Part shown: positions 9,487 through 20,604 of the stretch, in pieces | Layout: the number at the start of each line of letters is the position of its first letter | Numbering within the stretch: the stretch's first letter is position 1 | Notes under the pieces: generated by a model | Database searches by the model: none | What the model saw: the letters and a program-made list of their open reading frames with translations, nothing else | Told to the model about the DNA's origin: nothing | Made by a program: the position numbers and the translations under genes | Origin: Pseudomonadota bacterium | GTDB lineage: Bacteria; Pseudomonadota; Gammaproteobacteria; RBG-16-57-12 | NCBI GenBank assembly: GCA_040752855.1 | Contig: JBFMHP010000001.1 | Location: 45,037-109,036 of the forward strand | Direction: 5' to 3' | Length of the DNA stretch: 64,000 nt

Positions 9487-12400
9487 ATGTCCTTGAATTC
9501 CTTCCATCCCGCCGTCAGCACCTGGTTCACGCAGACCTTCGGCGCGCCGACCGAGGTGCAGCGCCAGGCCTGGCCGGCGATCCAGCGCGGCGAGTCTACG
9601 CTGATCACCGCGCCGACCGGTTCGGGTAAGACGCTCGCGGCGTTTCTCGCCACCATCGATGCCTTAGTGCGCGAGGGGCTGGCGCGCGGTCTCAGTGATG
9701 CGACCTATGTGCTCTATGTCTCGCCACTCAAGGCACTGTCCAACGACATCCAGAAGAATCTCGAAGCGCCGCTCGCCGGCATTCGCGATGAGCTGTTCGC
9801 ACAGCAACTGCCGGATGTGGAGATCCGCGCCTGGGTGCGCACCGGCGATACCCCGCAAAGCGAGCGCACGCGCATGCGCAAGCAGCCGCCGCACATCCTA
9901 GTGACCACGCCCGAATCGCTCTTCATCCTGCTCACCTCCGCCTCGGGCCGCGAGATGCTGCAATCGGTGCGCACCGTGATCGTCGATGAAACCCACGCCC
10001 TGGCCGGCAACAAACGCGGCGCGCATCTGATGCTGTCGCTGGCGCGGCTCGATGCCTTGTGCGAAGCGGAGCAGGGTAGGGCGCCGGTGCGCGTGGGGCT
10101 CTCAGCCACGCAAAAACCGATCGAGGACATGGCGCGCTTTCTCACCGGCAAGCAAGCCGGCTGCACCATCGTCGACACGGGACACGTGCGCAAGCGCGAT
10201 CTGGCCATCGAGGTGCCGCGCTCGCCGCTCGAGGCGATCATGGCCGCCGAGGTGTGGGCCGAGGTCTATGATCGGCTGGCAGAACTCATCGCGCAGCATC
10301 GCACCACGCTGATCTTCGTCAACACGCGGCGCCTGGCCGAACGCGCGGCGCGCTTTCTCGCCGAACGGTTAGGGGAGGCCAACGTTACCGCCCATCACGG
10401 CAGTCTCGCGCGCGAACACCGGCTGGATGCCGAGCAGCGGCTCAAGGGCGGCAAGCTGCGCGCGTTGGTCGCCACCGCTTCGCTGGAGCTGGGGATCGAC
10501 ATCGGCGATGTCGATCTGGTCTGCCAGCTCGGCTCGCCGCGCAACATCGCCACGCTCTTGCAGCGTGTTGGGCGCTCAGGCCATGCCGTGGGCGCGCTGC
10601 CCAAGGGCCGGCTGTTTCCGCTCTCGCGCGATGATCTGCTCGAATGCACCGCGCTGCTCGATGCGATCCAGCGCGATGAACTCGACCGCATCCTGATGCC
10701 GCACCAACCGCTCGATGTGCTCGCCCAGCAGATCGTCGCCGAGGTGGCCGCGCGCGAATGGGAGGAGGCCGCGCTCTATCAACATGTCATCCAGGCCTGG
10801 CCGTATCGTGCCTTGAGCCGCGAGACCTACACCGAAGTAGTGCGCATGCTCGCCGAGGGCTTTTCCACCCGGCGCGGGCGGCGCAGCGCCTTTCTCTATC
10901 GCGACGCCATCCATGGCCGACTGCGCGCGCGGCCCGGGGCGCGGCTCACCGCCATCACCAACGGCGGGGCGATCCCCGATCTGTTCGACTACGACGTGGT
11001 GCTCGCCCCGGAGGGCTATTCCATCGGCAGCGTCAACGAGGACTTCGCCTTCGAGAGCCTGCCGGGCGATGTCTTTCAGCTCGGCAACACCTCCTACCGC
11101 ATCCTCAAGATCGAGCAGGGCAGGGTGCATGTGGAAGACGCTCACGGCCAGCCGCCCAACATCCCGTTCTGGATCGGCGAGGCGCCGGGACGCAGCGATG
11201 AGCTCTCGCAGGCCGTCTCGCGCCTGCGCGCGCACGTCGCCGCGCAACTGGAGCACGGCCTCGAGGCCACGCAGGCCTGGCTGCAACAGCACTATCCGCT
11301 ACCGCCGGCCGCCGCGCAGCAGCTCGCCGAATATCTCGCCGCCGCCAAGGCCGCGCTCGGCGTGGTGCCGAGCTTGGAGACCATCGTCTTCGAACGCTTC
11401 TTCGATGATGTCGGCGACATGCACTTCGTGATCCACGCCCCGTTCGGCTCGCGCATCAACCGCGCCTGGGGTCTGAGCCTGCGCAAGCGCTTCTGCCGCA
11501 AGTTCAACTTTGAATTGCAGGCCGCCGCCAGTGAAGACAACATCATCCTCTCGCTCGGGCCGACCCACAGCTTCCCGCTGGCCGAGGTCGCCGATTACCT
11601 CAAGCCCGCCACGGTGCGCGAGATCCTGATCCAGGCCCTGCTCGCCGCGCCGCTGTTCGGCACGCGCTGGCGCTGGGTGGCCAACATCGCGCTCGCGGTG
11701 CCGCGCACGCGCAACGGCAAGCGCGTGCCCGCGCAGTTCCAGCGCTCCGATGCCGAGGATCTGGTCGCCGTGGTCTTCCCCGACCAGCTCGCCTGCTTCG
11801 AGAATATCAGCGGCGACCGCGAGGTGCCGGATCACCCGCTGGTCAATCAAACCCTGCGCGATTGTCTCTACGAGGCGATGGATGTGGAGGGCTTGGAGCG
11901 GGTGCTCACGCACCTGGCAAGCGGCGAACTCAAGGTGGTGTGCTGCGACCTCACCCACCCTTCACCGCTCGCGCTGGAGATCATCAACGCCCGGCCCTAC
12001 GCCTATCTCGACGACGCCCCGGTGGAGGAGCGGCGCACGCTGTCGATCCAGCAGCGCCGTTATCTCGATCCCGAGACTGCCGCCGATCTCGGCCGCCTCG
12101 ATCCGCACGCCATCGCCCGCGTGCGTGCCGAGGCCTGGCCCGATGCGCGCACCGCCGACGAGCTGCACGACGGCCTCATCGTGCTCGGTTTCATGACCGA
12201 GGCCGAGGGACGGCGTGGACCGCTGGAGGCGGGCGAGGGCTTGGGCTTCGATTGGCAACATCTGTTTGCCACCTTGACCGATCAGTCGCGCGCCACCCTG
12301 CTCACCACACCGGCCGGCGAACGGCTGTGGGTCGCGGCCGAACGCCTGGCGCAGTTGCAGCTGCTTTTTCCCGATGCGCCGCTCGTCCCGCCAATCGAGC

Positions 12401-13917
12401 CCTTTGTCGAAGGCAATGAGGCCCCGCTACAGAAGGAAGCGGCCCTGCGCGAACTGATCCGCAGTCGCCTGGAAGGGTTGGGGCCGGTCACGGTCGCGCA
12501 ACTCGCCGCGCCGCTGGGATTGAGCACCCAGCAAATCGATTTCGCCCTGCTCGAACTGGAGCAGGAGGGCTTCGTCATCCAGGGCCAGTTCACCTTGACC
12601 ACACCGCAGACCGAATGGTGCGAGCGTCGTCTGTTGGCGCGCATCCATCGGTACACATTGAAGCAATTGCGCAGCGAGATCGAAGCGGTGCCCGCCGCCG
12701 ATTACATGCGTTTCCTGTTCCACTGGCAGCGCCTGGCCGGCGAACGTGGCGAGGGCCAGGCCGCCCTGGCGGGCGTGCTGGAACAACTCGAAGGCTACTC
12801 GATCCCCGCCGCGCTGTGGGAAGAGGAAATCCTGCCCGCACGCATTGCCGATTACAGCGCCGATCTCTTGGAGAATCTGTGTCTCTCCGGCCGCATCACG
12901 TGGCTGCGGCTCACACTGCCAAAGACGGCCGCAGGCCACAAATATTCCTATCTCCCGCAGGGCCGGGAGAGGGAAGAGGAAGTTTCAAGCGCTCCCGAAC
13001 GCAAACGCGAAGCCGCCCCCGTGCGCATCACCCCCATCGCACTGCTCGCCCGCGCCCACGCCCCGGACTGGCGCGCGCTCAATCCCGTCCCCGCGCGCGA
13101 GCAACTGCCGTTATCCTCCGCCGCGCACAAGATCCTCACCGCACTGGAGCAACGCGGCGCGCTGTTCTTCATCGATCTGGTGCAGCTCACCGGTCTGTTG
13201 CGCACCCAGGTGGAAGAGGCCCTGGCCGAACTTGTCGCCTGGGGCCTGGTCACCGCCGACAGCTACGCCGGCCTGCGGGCGCTCATCGCTCCGCAAAACC
13301 GCCGACCCGGTTTCGGCCAGTCCCGGCATCGGCGGCGCGCCACGGCGGTGAACGTCGATGACGCCGGCCGCTGGTCGCTCTTACTGCGCCACCCCGCGAC
13401 GGTCGACTATGATGCCGCCCCAATTGATGCACGCAGCGAACACCTCGCCCACATTGCGCTGACTCTGCTGCGCCGCTACGGAGTCGTGATGCGCAAGGTG
13501 CTGGAGCGCGAGGCCAACCTGCCGCCGTGGCGCGAACTGCTGTATGTGTACCGGCGTATGGAAGCGCGCGGCGAGATCCGCGGCGGGCGTTTCGTGCAAG
13601 GCCTGAGCGGCGAACAATTCGCCCTGCCCGAGGCGGTGGCCACCCTGCGCGAACAGCGCAAACGCGCAAGCAACGGCGAGATGCTGGTCATCACCGCCGT
13701 CGATCCGCTCAACCTCGCCGGCATTATCACCCCCGGCCAAAAGATCCCTGCCCAGGGCCACAACCGCATCTTGTATCGCGACGGCGTCCCCATCGCCGCC
13801 GCCATCGCCGGCGAGATCCACTACCTCGCCAAACTCCCCCCGCATCAGCAACAAGAAGCCCGCCAGATGCTCATCCGCAAGGCGCCGGGGCAGGTGCTGC
13901 GGTTTCAGGCATCGTGA
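9487..13917 (+). CDS. lhr: Large ATP-dependent helicase Lhr (DEAD/DEAH box + Lhr C-terminal domains)
   Basis: 1476 aa. N-terminus F..PT.VQ..W..I..G...[15 protein letters not shown], DExH motif VIVDETHAL, and an Lhr-like long C-terminal extension. Confidence 0.9.
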   Translation: MSLNSFHPAVSTWFTQTFGAPTEVQRQAWPAIQRGESTLITAPTGSGKTLAAFLATIDALVREGLARGLSDATYVLYVSPLKALSNDIQKNLEAPLAGIRDELFAQQLPDVEIRAWVRTGDTPQSERTRMRKQPPHILVTTPESLFILLTSASGREMLQSVRTVIVDETHALAGNKRGAHLMLSLARLDALCEAEQGRAPVRVGLSATQKPIEDMARFLTGKQAGCTIVDTGHVRKRDLAIEVPRSPLEAIMAAEVWAEVYDRLAELIAQHRTTLIFVNTRRLAERAARFLAERLGEANVTAHHGSLAREHRLDAEQRLKGGKLRALVATASLELGIDIGDVDLVCQLGSPRNIATLLQRVGRSGHAVGALPKGRLFPLSRDDLLECTALLDAIQRDELDRILMPHQPLDVLAQQIVAEVAAREWEEAALYQHVIQAWPYRALSRETYTEVVRMLAEGFSTRRGRRSAFLYRDAIHGRLRARPGARLTAITNGGAIPDLFDYDVVLAPEGYSIGSVNEDFAFESLPGDVFQLGNTSYRILKIEQGRVHVEDAHGQPPNIPFWIGEAPGRSDELSQAVSRLRAHVAAQLEHGLEATQAWLQQHYPLPPAAAQQLAEYLAAAKAALGVVPSLETIVFERFFDDVGDMHFVIHAPFGSRINRAWGLSLRKRFCRKFNFELQAAASEDNIILSLGPTHSFPLAEVADYLKPATVREILIQALLAAPLFGTRWRWVANIALAVPRTRNGKRVPAQFQRSDAEDLVAVVFPDQLACFENISGDREVPDHPLVNQTLRDCLYEAMDVEGLERVLTHLASGELKVVCCDLTHPSPLALEIINARPYAYLDDAPVEERRTLSIQQRRYLDPETAADLGRLDPHAIARVRAEAWPDARTADELHDGLIVLGFMTEAEGRRGPLEAGEGLGFDWQHLFATLTDQSRATLLTTPAGERLWVAAERLAQLQLLFPDAPLVPPIEPFVEGNEAPLQKEAALRELIRSRLEGLGPVTVAQLAAPLGLSTQQIDFALLELEQEGFVIQGQFTLTTPQTEWCERRLLARIHRYTLKQLRSEIEAVPAADYMRFLFHWQRLAGERGEGQAALAGVLEQLEGYSIPAALWEEEILPARIADYSADLLENLCLSGRITWLRLTLPKTAAGHKYSYLPQGREREEEVSSAPERKREAAPVRITPIALLARAHAPDWRALNPVPAREQLPLSSAAHKILTALEQRGALFFIDLVQLTGLLRTQVEEALAELVAWGLVTADSYAGLRALIAPQNRRPGFGQSRHRRRATAVNVDDAGRWSLLLRHPATVDYDAAPIDARSEHLAHIALTLLRRYGVVMRKVLEREANLPPWRELLYVYRRMEARGEIRGGRFVQGLSGEQFALPEAVATLREQRKRASNGEMLVITAVDPLNLAGIITPGQKIPAQGHNRILYRDGVPIAAAIAGEIHYLAKLPPHQQQEARQMLIRKAPGQVLRFQAS

Positions 13918-13950
13918 GCGCCCATCCGGGCTAGTCTGCCGTCTGTCTCC

Positions 13951-13977
13951 CTCACCCTATCCCTCTCCCGCCTGCGG
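13951..13977 (+). terminator. Stem-loop (CCCTCTCCC-gcctgc-GGGAGAGGG) downstream of lhr
   Basis: Perfect 9-bp stem 34 nt after the lhr stop. No clear T-tract. Confidence 0.35.
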
Positions 13978-14085
13978 GAGAGGGAACGTACTCAGCAGCC
14001 TTTTCGCATCTCGTAAAGCGTAAAGCCTTTTTGTGTAGTTTTTGGTAATTCCGTAAAATGACCGGCTTTTCCGGTCACTCCGCCA

Positions 14086-14838
14086 ATGAACAGCCTGTTG
14101 CTCGACTTCAATGCCCACCAACTCGTCCTGACGGGATTGCTTTTCGTCTGGACCGGCTTCGTGCGCAGCGGACTGGGTTTCGGTGGTGCCGCACTCGGCT
14201 TGCCGTTCATGCTATTCATCTACGATCAGCCGTTGTTCTGGCTGCCAGTGATCGGCGCGCATCTGCTGTTTTTTTCCGCACTCACCTTGCGCACGCGGCT
14301 CAACAATGTCGATTGGGAATACCTGCGCCGCGCGGCCGTGTTCATCGTGCCCGCTGCGGTGGTGGGCGTGTTTGGTCTGATCAATCTGCCGAACCACATC
14401 TTGGTGATCTTCATCTATGCCGTGACGTTGATCTACGCGGTGCTGTGGATGCTCGACCTCTCCATCAACAGCCGCAGCGGCTGGACGGATAAGTTGTTGC
14501 TGACCTTGGGCGGTTACGTCGCCGGAACCTCCCTCACCGGCGCGCCGTTGATGGTCGCGGTATTCATGCGCAACGTCGCCATCGAGCAATTGCGAAACAC
14601 GCTGTTCGTGCTCTGGTTCGTCTTGGTCAGCATCAAGATGACCACCTTTGTGACGCTGGGCGTACCGCTGCACTGGCAATCGGCGCTGCTGCTTTTGCCC
14701 GCCGCCGCCATCGGTCACGTTCTCGGCCTCAAGGCCCACGACGCCATTCTGAAGAATGACCGGCTGTTCAAACGCGTGATCGGCGGGTTGTTGGTGGTGG
14801 TCAGCGGCTTGGGGTTATGGGATGTCCTTGGGGGATAG
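14086..14838 (+). CDS. TauE/SafE (TSUP) family anion exporter
   Basis: 250-aa polytopic membrane protein. The two-repeat architecture with Gly-rich helices is typical of DUF81/TauE. Confidence 0.8.
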   Translation: MNSLLLDFNAHQLVLTGLLFVWTGFVRSGLGFGGAALGLPFMLFIYDQPLFWLPVIGAHLLFFSALTLRTRLNNVDWEYLRRAAVFIVPAAVVGVFGLINLPNHILVIFIYAVTLIYAVLWMLDLSINSRSGWTDKLLLTLGGYVAGTSLTGAPLMVAVFMRNVAIEQLRNTLFVLWFVLVSIKMTTFVTLGVPLHWQSALLLLPAAAIGHVLGLKAHDAILKNDRLFKRVIGGLLVVVSGLGLWDVLGG

Positions 14839-15002
14839 ATGTGGACCCAATGGAGAAAAAAGCGGCTGGATGCATTGGTGGCCCGTTCGTTCAAACGCCT
14901 TGGTGGTGTGCTGCCGCAGCGAAAACCTACCTGTTACATTTGATTTTTACTTATTTATGATATATAGGTAAAGTGTACTTTACTTAATTTGCACAAATAA
15001 GC

Positions 15003-16454
15003 ATGGACATCCCAAAATCTGAATTATTTTCCGTCTTGCAAGAGTTCAATCCATGGTGGGGTGGACAAGCCATTTCCGATCTCCCGAGCTGGGAGCGTTC
15101 GGTGGTCGCTCAGGTATTCAGCTGGACACAAAACGAGGAAACCCGTCGCGCCCTGCTGCTCTCAGGCGCCCGGCAAGTGGGTAAGACCACTGTATTCCGC
15201 CAGACCATCCGGCGCCTGCTCAGCGCTGGAGTGGGCCCGACACAAATCCTTTATGCAACCTTCGACCACCCCCTGCTCAAACTCGCCGGGCTGGAGCGAA
15301 CGCTCCGCGCCTGGGAAGAGTTGTATCCGCCTGCGGGTGTTGGCACACGTTTCCTGTTTCTTGATGAGATACAGTATGTGCCGGACTGGCAGACCTGGGT
15401 GAAGCATCAAGTCGATTTTCAGAAAGGAACCCGTGTTGCGATGACGGGCTCCGCCGACCCACTGCATCAAGGCTCAAAGGAATCAGGTGTCGGTCGCTGG
15501 GAAACGCTTCCGCTGCCCACGCTATCCTTTGCCGAGTATCTTCGGCTGCGCGGTATCGAGTCCCCTGAACTTCCGCCACTGCGCTCACTGCGCCAGCTGT
15601 TCGACTGGCGAGAAGCCGACTTTGCACGCACCGCCACACTCGCCCGCCCGCTGACCGGCCATTTCCATGAATACCTGCTGCGAGGCGGATTTCCCGAACC
15701 AGCGCTATCCAACGACATTACGCGCTGTCAGCGTCTGTTGCGTGAAGACATCGTCGACAAGGTCCTCAAGCGCGACATGACCGCGCTCTACAATGTGCGC
15801 CGTGTGCTCGAAGTGGAAAAGATATTTCTTTATCTTTGCTACCACGATGGCGGCATCCTCGACATAACCACGCTCAGTCGGCAGCTGGAAGGCGTGAACC
15901 GGCAAACAGCGCTTAATTTTCTTGATCTGTTTGAATCGACCCACCTGATTTATCGCCTCAAACCCCATGGCTACGGCAAGGAAGTACTGCGCGGACGCGA
16001 CAAGGTTTATTTGGCGGATGCGGCGCTGCCGGGCGCGGTTTTACTGCTTGGGCGCAAATTGCTGGAGCAGCCGGAACGATTGGGAGCAGCGGTAGAGACC
16101 GCCTTTTTCAAGCATGTTTTCACGCGCTATTATGCGCAGACCCCGCGCTTTTCGTATTGGCAAGACAAAAAGAATCGCGATCTCGAGGTCGATCTCATTG
16201 CACAGATGGGCGACCGCGTTGTGCCTTTCGAAGTGAAATACCATGACGCGGAAGTCAACGCCAAGCGTCTCAAAGGTCTGCGACTATTCATGGAAGAGCA
16301 CGGCGTACAGGAAGGTTATGTCATCACGCAGCGCTGGGATGATTTCAGAACGCTGGAAGTCGCCTCGGCCCGCCGGGGTGGGACTGCCTCAGATTCCATT
16401 GGTCGAATCGCTGCCATCCCCGCACCACTGGCGTGTTTTTGGTTATCCGCATAA
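15003..16454 (+). CDS. AAA+ ATPase of the AAA_14/DUF4143 family
   Basis: Has Walker A (LLSGARQVGKTT) and the DUF4143-like C-terminal region. Preceded by an AT-rich promoter region. Confidence 0.75.
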   Translation: MDIPKSELFSVLQEFNPWWGGQAISDLPSWERSVVAQVFSWTQNEETRRALLLSGARQVGKTTVFRQTIRRLLSAGVGPTQILYATFDHPLLKLAGLERTLRAWEELYPPAGVGTRFLFLDEIQYVPDWQTWVKHQVDFQKGTRVAMTGSADPLHQGSKESGVGRWETLPLPTLSFAEYLRLRGIESPELPPLRSLRQLFDWREADFARTATLARPLTGHFHEYLLRGGFPEPALSNDITRCQRLLREDIVDKVLKRDMTALYNVRRVLEVEKIFLYLCYHDGGILDITTLSRQLEGVNRQTALNFLDLFESTHLIYRLKPHGYGKEVLRGRDKVYLADAALPGAVLLLGRKLLEQPERLGAAVETAFFKHVFTRYYAQTPRFSYWQDKKNRDLEVDLIAQMGDRVVPFEVKYHDAEVNAKRLKGLRLFMEEHGVQEGYVITQRWDDFRTLEVASARRGGTASDSIGRIAAIPAPLACFWLSA

Positions 16455-16475
16455 CGTTCATCGGAACATACATCT

Positions 16476-17054
16476 ATGCAACGGCTGCTCATTGTTCTCT
16501 GCGTGTTGTTAACCGCCTGTTCCGCGCACCGCGCCGGCATCCTTGAGGTCACCTCTTATCAACAGACCACGGACTATACGTGTGGTCCGTCATCTGTACG
16601 CTCACTGCTGGGCTATTGGGGCAAGAATGAAACGGAGGAACACCTCGCGCAGCAGGTGCAGGCCAGCGAGGAGTGGGGCACCGCGCCGGAGCCGATCGTC
16701 GAGTACCTCAAGCAGCAGGGATTCGATGTGACTTGGGGCACGGACGGCACCCTGGCGTTGCTACGCAAGAACATCGCGGAGAAAGTACCGGTGCTGGTCG
16801 AGTGGATCGACTGGGGCGGACACTGGGTGTTGGTGATCGGTTATGACGACCGCGGCACGCCCGCCGAAGACGATGATGAACTCGTGTTCGCCGATCCCTA
16901 CGATGCCATTGATGGCAAACAAGACGGTTACACGCGCTTCAATGCGCAGCGCTTCGATTCGATGTGGTTTGATGCGCTGTATTTCAAACGTGGCGAAGGC
17001 CTCACCAATCGGGTATGGATACGCGCGGTGCCACGCAGCGCGTTGGCGCAATAA
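16476..17054 (+). CDS. Lipoprotein with C39-like (papain-fold) peptidase domain
   Basis: Has a lipobox (LLTACS). The YQQTTDYTCGPSS motif resembles the catalytic Cys region of C39-like peptidases. Confidence 0.55.
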   Translation: MQRLLIVLCVLLTACSAHRAGILEVTSYQQTTDYTCGPSSVRSLLGYWGKNETEEHLAQQVQASEEWGTAPEPIVEYLKQQGFDVTWGTDGTLALLRKNIAEKVPVLVEWIDWGGHWVLVIGYDDRGTPAEDDDELVFADPYDAIDGKQDGYTRFNAQRFDSMWFDALYFKRGEGLTNRVWIRAVPRSALAQ

Positions 17055-17060
17055 CCCTTC

Positions 17061-17693
17061 ATGGAAACGTCTTCTTCTCGCGAACCACTCTTTCTGCTGT
17101 TATTCACGGCACTGGCGCTCAGCGTTTCCGCCGCACATCCGGCCGACACGCTGACCTGGGCTCTGGAAACCTTTCCGGTGATGATCGGCGCGCCGATTCT
17201 GATTGCCACCTATCGGCGCTTTCCATTGACCCCGCTGGTGTATCGGCTGCTCACGCTGCACGCGCTGATTCTCATCGTCGGCGGTCACTACACTTACGCA
17301 CAGGTTCCGCTCGGATTCTGGCTGCAGGAGGTGTTCGACTTCAGTCGCAATCATTACGATCGCATCGGTCATTTTGCGCAGGGATTCGTCCCGGCCATGC
17401 TGGCGCGCGAGATCCTGTTGCGCCGCTCACCGCTCAAACCAGGAAAATGGCTGTTCTTCATCGTCACCTGTATTTGCCTGGCGATCAGCGCGTTTTACGA
17501 GTTCATCGAATGGTGGACCGCGCTGCTCGAAGGTTCGGCCGCCGATGCTTTCCTCGGTACGCAGGGCGATGTGTGGGACACTCAGTGGGACATGTTTCTG
17601 GCCTTCGTCGGCGCGATGAGCAGCCAGTTGATGTTCGCCGGCGCGCATGACCGTGCCATGGCGAAACAGGTCTTCTTGAAAAGATCTGATTAA
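17061..17693 (+). CDS. DUF2238 (YjdF-like) inner-membrane protein
   Basis: Polytopic 210-aa protein with an EWWTALLEGSAADAFLGTQGDVWDTQWDM block typical of YjdF. Confidence 0.65.
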   Translation: METSSSREPLFLLLFTALALSVSAAHPADTLTWALETFPVMIGAPILIATYRRFPLTPLVYRLLTLHALILIVGGHYTYAQVPLGFWLQEVFDFSRNHYDRIGHFAQGFVPAMLAREILLRRSPLKPGKWLFFIVTCICLAISAFYEFIEWWTALLEGSAADAFLGTQGDVWDTQWDMFLAFVGAMSSQLMFAGAHDRAMAKQVFLKRSD

Positions 17694-17837
17694 TCGCTTT
17701 CTGAAAAACTTTTTCGTTACTTCTCCCTTCGCGACAACTCCGTGGAGTTGTTAGATCTCATGCTCTGTTGCGCCAGCTCCTGCTTGCTCATGGAAGAGTG
17801 GGGGCGGGAGCCGGACATGCACCCACGGAATGATCGC

Positions 17838-18257
17838 TCAAGGAACCATGCACGCTGCAGACAGAATTCCCGCGGCCAGCGATGCGAGCCCTAAAATGCT
17901 CCCGTGTGCCAGGTCGCCGCGCTCGATGCCGGTGACGAGTTCCGGGATCACCCAGCGAACCAGGAAAAACGCGGCAAGTTGCACGATCAATGCTACGCCA
18001 CCCCAAATTGCAAGATCGACCAGGCTCACACTATGAATGATGACGCCCGCGAGGGAAATGACAAAACCAAGCATGGCGCCGCCAAGACTCAGCGCCGCCG
18101 AAAGATTGCCGCTGCGGATGAGATGAACTTCGCGATAAGGGGTCAGCCGGATATAAATGGCCACAAACAACCAAGTCACCAGGAAACTCGCGATAAGATA
18201 CGCGAAGTAACTGGGAATCAATGACAGTGAATCAAGAAATGCGGCTTGCATGGTCAC
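17838..18257 (-). CDS. DUF350 (YjfL-like) membrane protein
   Basis: 139 aa with four TM helices. Overlaps the upstream GspS-like gene by 4 nt. Confidence 0.7.
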   Translation of the reverse strand: MTMQAAFLDSLSLIPSYFAYLIASFLVTWLFVAIYIRLTPYREVHLIRSGNLSAALSLGGAMLGFVISLAGVIIHSVSLVDLAIWGGVALIVQLAAFFLVRWVIPELVTGIERGDLAHGSILGLASLAAGILSAACMVP

Positions 18258-19393
18258 TCCAGTGGCATAAAGTAATGTGGAATAAATCGACTCGTATTTT
18301 GCGTAACGGGGGTTTTATCTTCGCGTATGCCGATGCCTGCCGGCTCATCACCGATCACCCATGCTCCGATGACTGGATAAAACTGAGCGTCAAACACAGG
18401 CAGCGGCGCGTAGCCTTGATAGATCCAGCCTTCCGCGCCATATTCTCCCTTGCTGACAAACTCGGCACCGGGAACGGTGATCTCGATATTGGCGCCCTCG
18501 CGTGAATAAATCGGTTTTTTGACGTAGCCAGCAGTGAATTTTTCCGGCGTGAAATAGGCGGGAAGTAGATTGGGATGCTGGGGGTAGAGCTCCCACAATA
18601 TGGGCAACAGACCTTTATTGCTAAGCAGCATCTTCCAACTGGGCTCGATCACCGCCATGGAACCGGTCAACATCTGCGGCGCGAATTCTTCGCGCACCAT
18701 CCACTCCCACGGATACAATTTGAATAATCGTTTGATGGGCCGGTTTTCCTGATCCACGAAGATGCGTTTTTCCTCCCACCAGCCGATCTTGTCGATTTCG
18801 ATAAAGGCCGTCGACCAGCCGGCTTGAACCGCGGTATCGCGCAAGTATTCGACCGTGGTGATATCCTCGTCGCTCGTTCCCACCGTCGCAAAGTACAGCG
18901 TTTCAGTGGCGGATGAACTACCAACACGCTTCCATTGTGCGATTAGTTTTTCATGGATCGAATTGAACTGATCCGCGCCGAGTTTGACATCCTGCAGCCA
19001 GAACCACTGCGCCACGCTCGCCTCAAGCAAGGCGGTCGGCGTGTCCGCATTGTATTCGAGCAACTTAGGCGGATGGATGCCGTTGTAACTGAAATCGAAT
19101 CGGCCATAGACTGACGGCTCCCGCGCCCGCCACGATTCGCGCACACGCGCCCACCACGCCTCGGGAATGGCAAGCTGCTCAAAGCGATTGTGTGTTATGA
19201 CATGCTCGACCGCGCACAGACACATCTCATGGAGTTCGGCGGTGACTGATTCCAGCAGATCGATCTCATCCGCGTCAAATTGATAACAGACGGATTCATC
19301 CCAATAAACGCCGCCGACGCTGTGAAAAACAAATCCAATTTCTTCCATTCGCCGCGCCCATGATGCACGCGGCTCGATTCTTTCGCGACGCAT
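18254..19393 (-). CDS. Glutathionylspermidine synthase-like ATP-grasp protein (YjfC/YgiC family)
   Basis: 379 aa. Has the conserved GspS-synthetase blocks (YGRFDF, EYNADTP, WMVREEF). Linked to DUF350 as in the E. coli yjf operon. Confidence 0.85.
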   Translation of the reverse strand: MRRERIEPRASWARRMEEIGFVFHSVGGVYWDESVCYQFDADEIDLLESVTAELHEMCLCAVEHVITHNRFEQLAIPEAWWARVRESWRAREPSVYGRFDFSYNGIHPPKLLEYNADTPTALLEASVAQWFWLQDVKLGADQFNSIHEKLIAQWKRVGSSSATETLYFATVGTSDEDITTVEYLRDTAVQAGWSTAFIEIDKIGWWEEKRIFVDQENRPIKRLFKLYPWEWMVREEFAPQMLTGSMAVIEPSWKMLLSNKGLLPILWELYPQHPNLLPAYFTPEKFTAGYVKKPIYSREGANIEITVPGAEFVSKGEYGAEGWIYQGYAPLPVFDAQFYPVIGAWVIGDEPAGIGIREDKTPVTQNTSRFIPHYFMPLE

Positions 19394-19394
19394 C

Positions 19395-19727
19395 CTAGCT
19401 GCCCCCTGCTACACGACCGCCGGTGCCGCCAAAACCGCCGCGCCGCACGCCTGTCGAATGCTCGCCCGGATTTTTCTTATCACCGTCGCCGTACCCGCCG
19501 CCACTACTGCTACCACGGCCACTGCTGTTGTCGGAGATGCATGGACTGTAATAATAGCCTTCATATAGCTGGCAACTGTTTACCGGCCAATCTTGGATGC
19601 AATCGTCCAGCGTACGATATTGGTATCGGTCACAGTCATCGGAATCGTCGCTCATGGAAGCAAAAAGCGCAACCGCCGAGACACCCAAGATTGCCAGCGT
19701 GATTTCTTTACTGCGTTTTTGTGACAT
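19395..19727 (-). CDS. Small secreted Cys/Gly-rich protein (yjf-like operon member)
   Basis: 110 aa with signal peptide and Gly-rich C-terminus. Translationally coupled to the GspS-like gene. Confidence 0.5.
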   Translation of the reverse strand: MSQKRSKEITLAILGVSAVALFASMSDDSDDCDRYQYRTLDDCIQDWPVNSCQLYEGYYYSPCISDNSSGRGSSSGGGYGDGDKKNPGEHSTGVRRGGFGGTGGRVAGGS

Positions 19728-19853
19728 GCCTGTCCCTAACGTTACAACTCAAGCGCTGTTTTTTGATAATCCCAACCTAACATCAAGATGTGCCGTTGCC
19801 ATTTGGCGCTCAGCGCTTGCGCCACCTACCACATCCTGTTTGTCGTATGACGT

Positions 19854-20246
19854 TCACTTATTGGGACATATCTCTTCTGTCTGAATGGAAGAACCGATCG
19901 CCGCAACACCTTTAGTCTTGTTCAGCACGGTTGTGAGCGCTCGACCATCCCTCGCAAAGCGCATGCTGACCGACAAGTTGACCTCAACCACATCCGCATC
20001 ACCCCTGCTTGCCGAGACATCGCGCGATAAAATTTCAAATTGCCGCAAATCCAGCTCTTTTGCGACTTTAATCAACTCGCCGACATGTTGTTCGACCAGG
20101 CGATTGATGTCATCGCCGATTTTTGCCGTGTCCTGATAAGTAACAAACAGGGACTCGAGTTCCTGTTGCCGACAGGTGCCTTCTGCGTGCGACGCTGAGG
20201 CCGCGAAGGTCAAGATGACTGCGGTGAGTAGTGTTTTCAGTTCCAT
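19854..20246 (-). CDS. Hypothetical secreted protein
   Basis: 130 aa with signal peptide (MELKTLLTAVILTFAASASHA). Confidence 0.5.
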   Translation of the reverse strand: MELKTLLTAVILTFAASASHAEGTCRQQELESLFVTYQDTAKIGDDINRLVEQHVGELIKVAKELDLRQFEILSRDVSASRGDADVVEVNLSVSMRFARDGRALTTVLNKTKGVAAIGSSIQTEEICPNK

Positions 20247-20361
20247 AGTGTTTTTCCGTTTGAGTTTCCGTTATTCAAGGAATTGAGATGGTACACGATC
20301 GATTGCGACTTTTGCAGGTTTCTGAATAACCACCCCGATTCAGCGTGCACACCGGTTGCGC

Positions 20362-20598
20362 TTATTCTTCCCTTTGTGTTTGCGGCGCCAACTCCCGCCG
20401 GCTCATGATGGTGCAAGTCTCATGCAATTCGCTGTAGACGATGAACGCCTCGCCGCGCGCAAGTTGCGCGATGACTTGCTCGACCTTGCGTTCGAGCGGG
20501 ATCTCGGATTCTCCGTAGTCCGTACCGTCACGGGTGACGAATTCCTCAACTAGGGCACGCAGGGTGTCGGGATTGAGCGCGGTGTGGGGGATGATCAT
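20362..20598 (-). CDS. yheU: YheU-family (UPF0270) protein
   Basis: 78 aa. MIIPHTALNPDTLRALVEEFVTRDGTDYGE...VYSELHETCTIM matches the YheU pattern. Confidence 0.7.
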   Translation of the reverse strand: MIIPHTALNPDTLRALVEEFVTRDGTDYGESEIPLERKVEQVIAQLARGEAFIVYSELHETCTIMSRRELAPQTQREE

Positions 20599-20604
20599 CG
20601 TCGC

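Noticed and set aside
9714-13854. Many 60-250-aa ORFs on the minus strand and in alternative frames inside lhr (for example 9714-10241, 10576-11292, 11299-11958, 12427-12939, 13381-13854)
   Set aside because: They lie entirely within a long helicase gene confidently identified by homology. They have Arg/Ala/Pro-rich compositions typical of antisense frames in high-GC DNA. They lack RBS context.
16243-16512. Small ORFs bridging the ATPase gene end and the C39-like lipoprotein start
   Set aside because: They overlap the ends of two better-supported genes in other frames and have no signal or family features.
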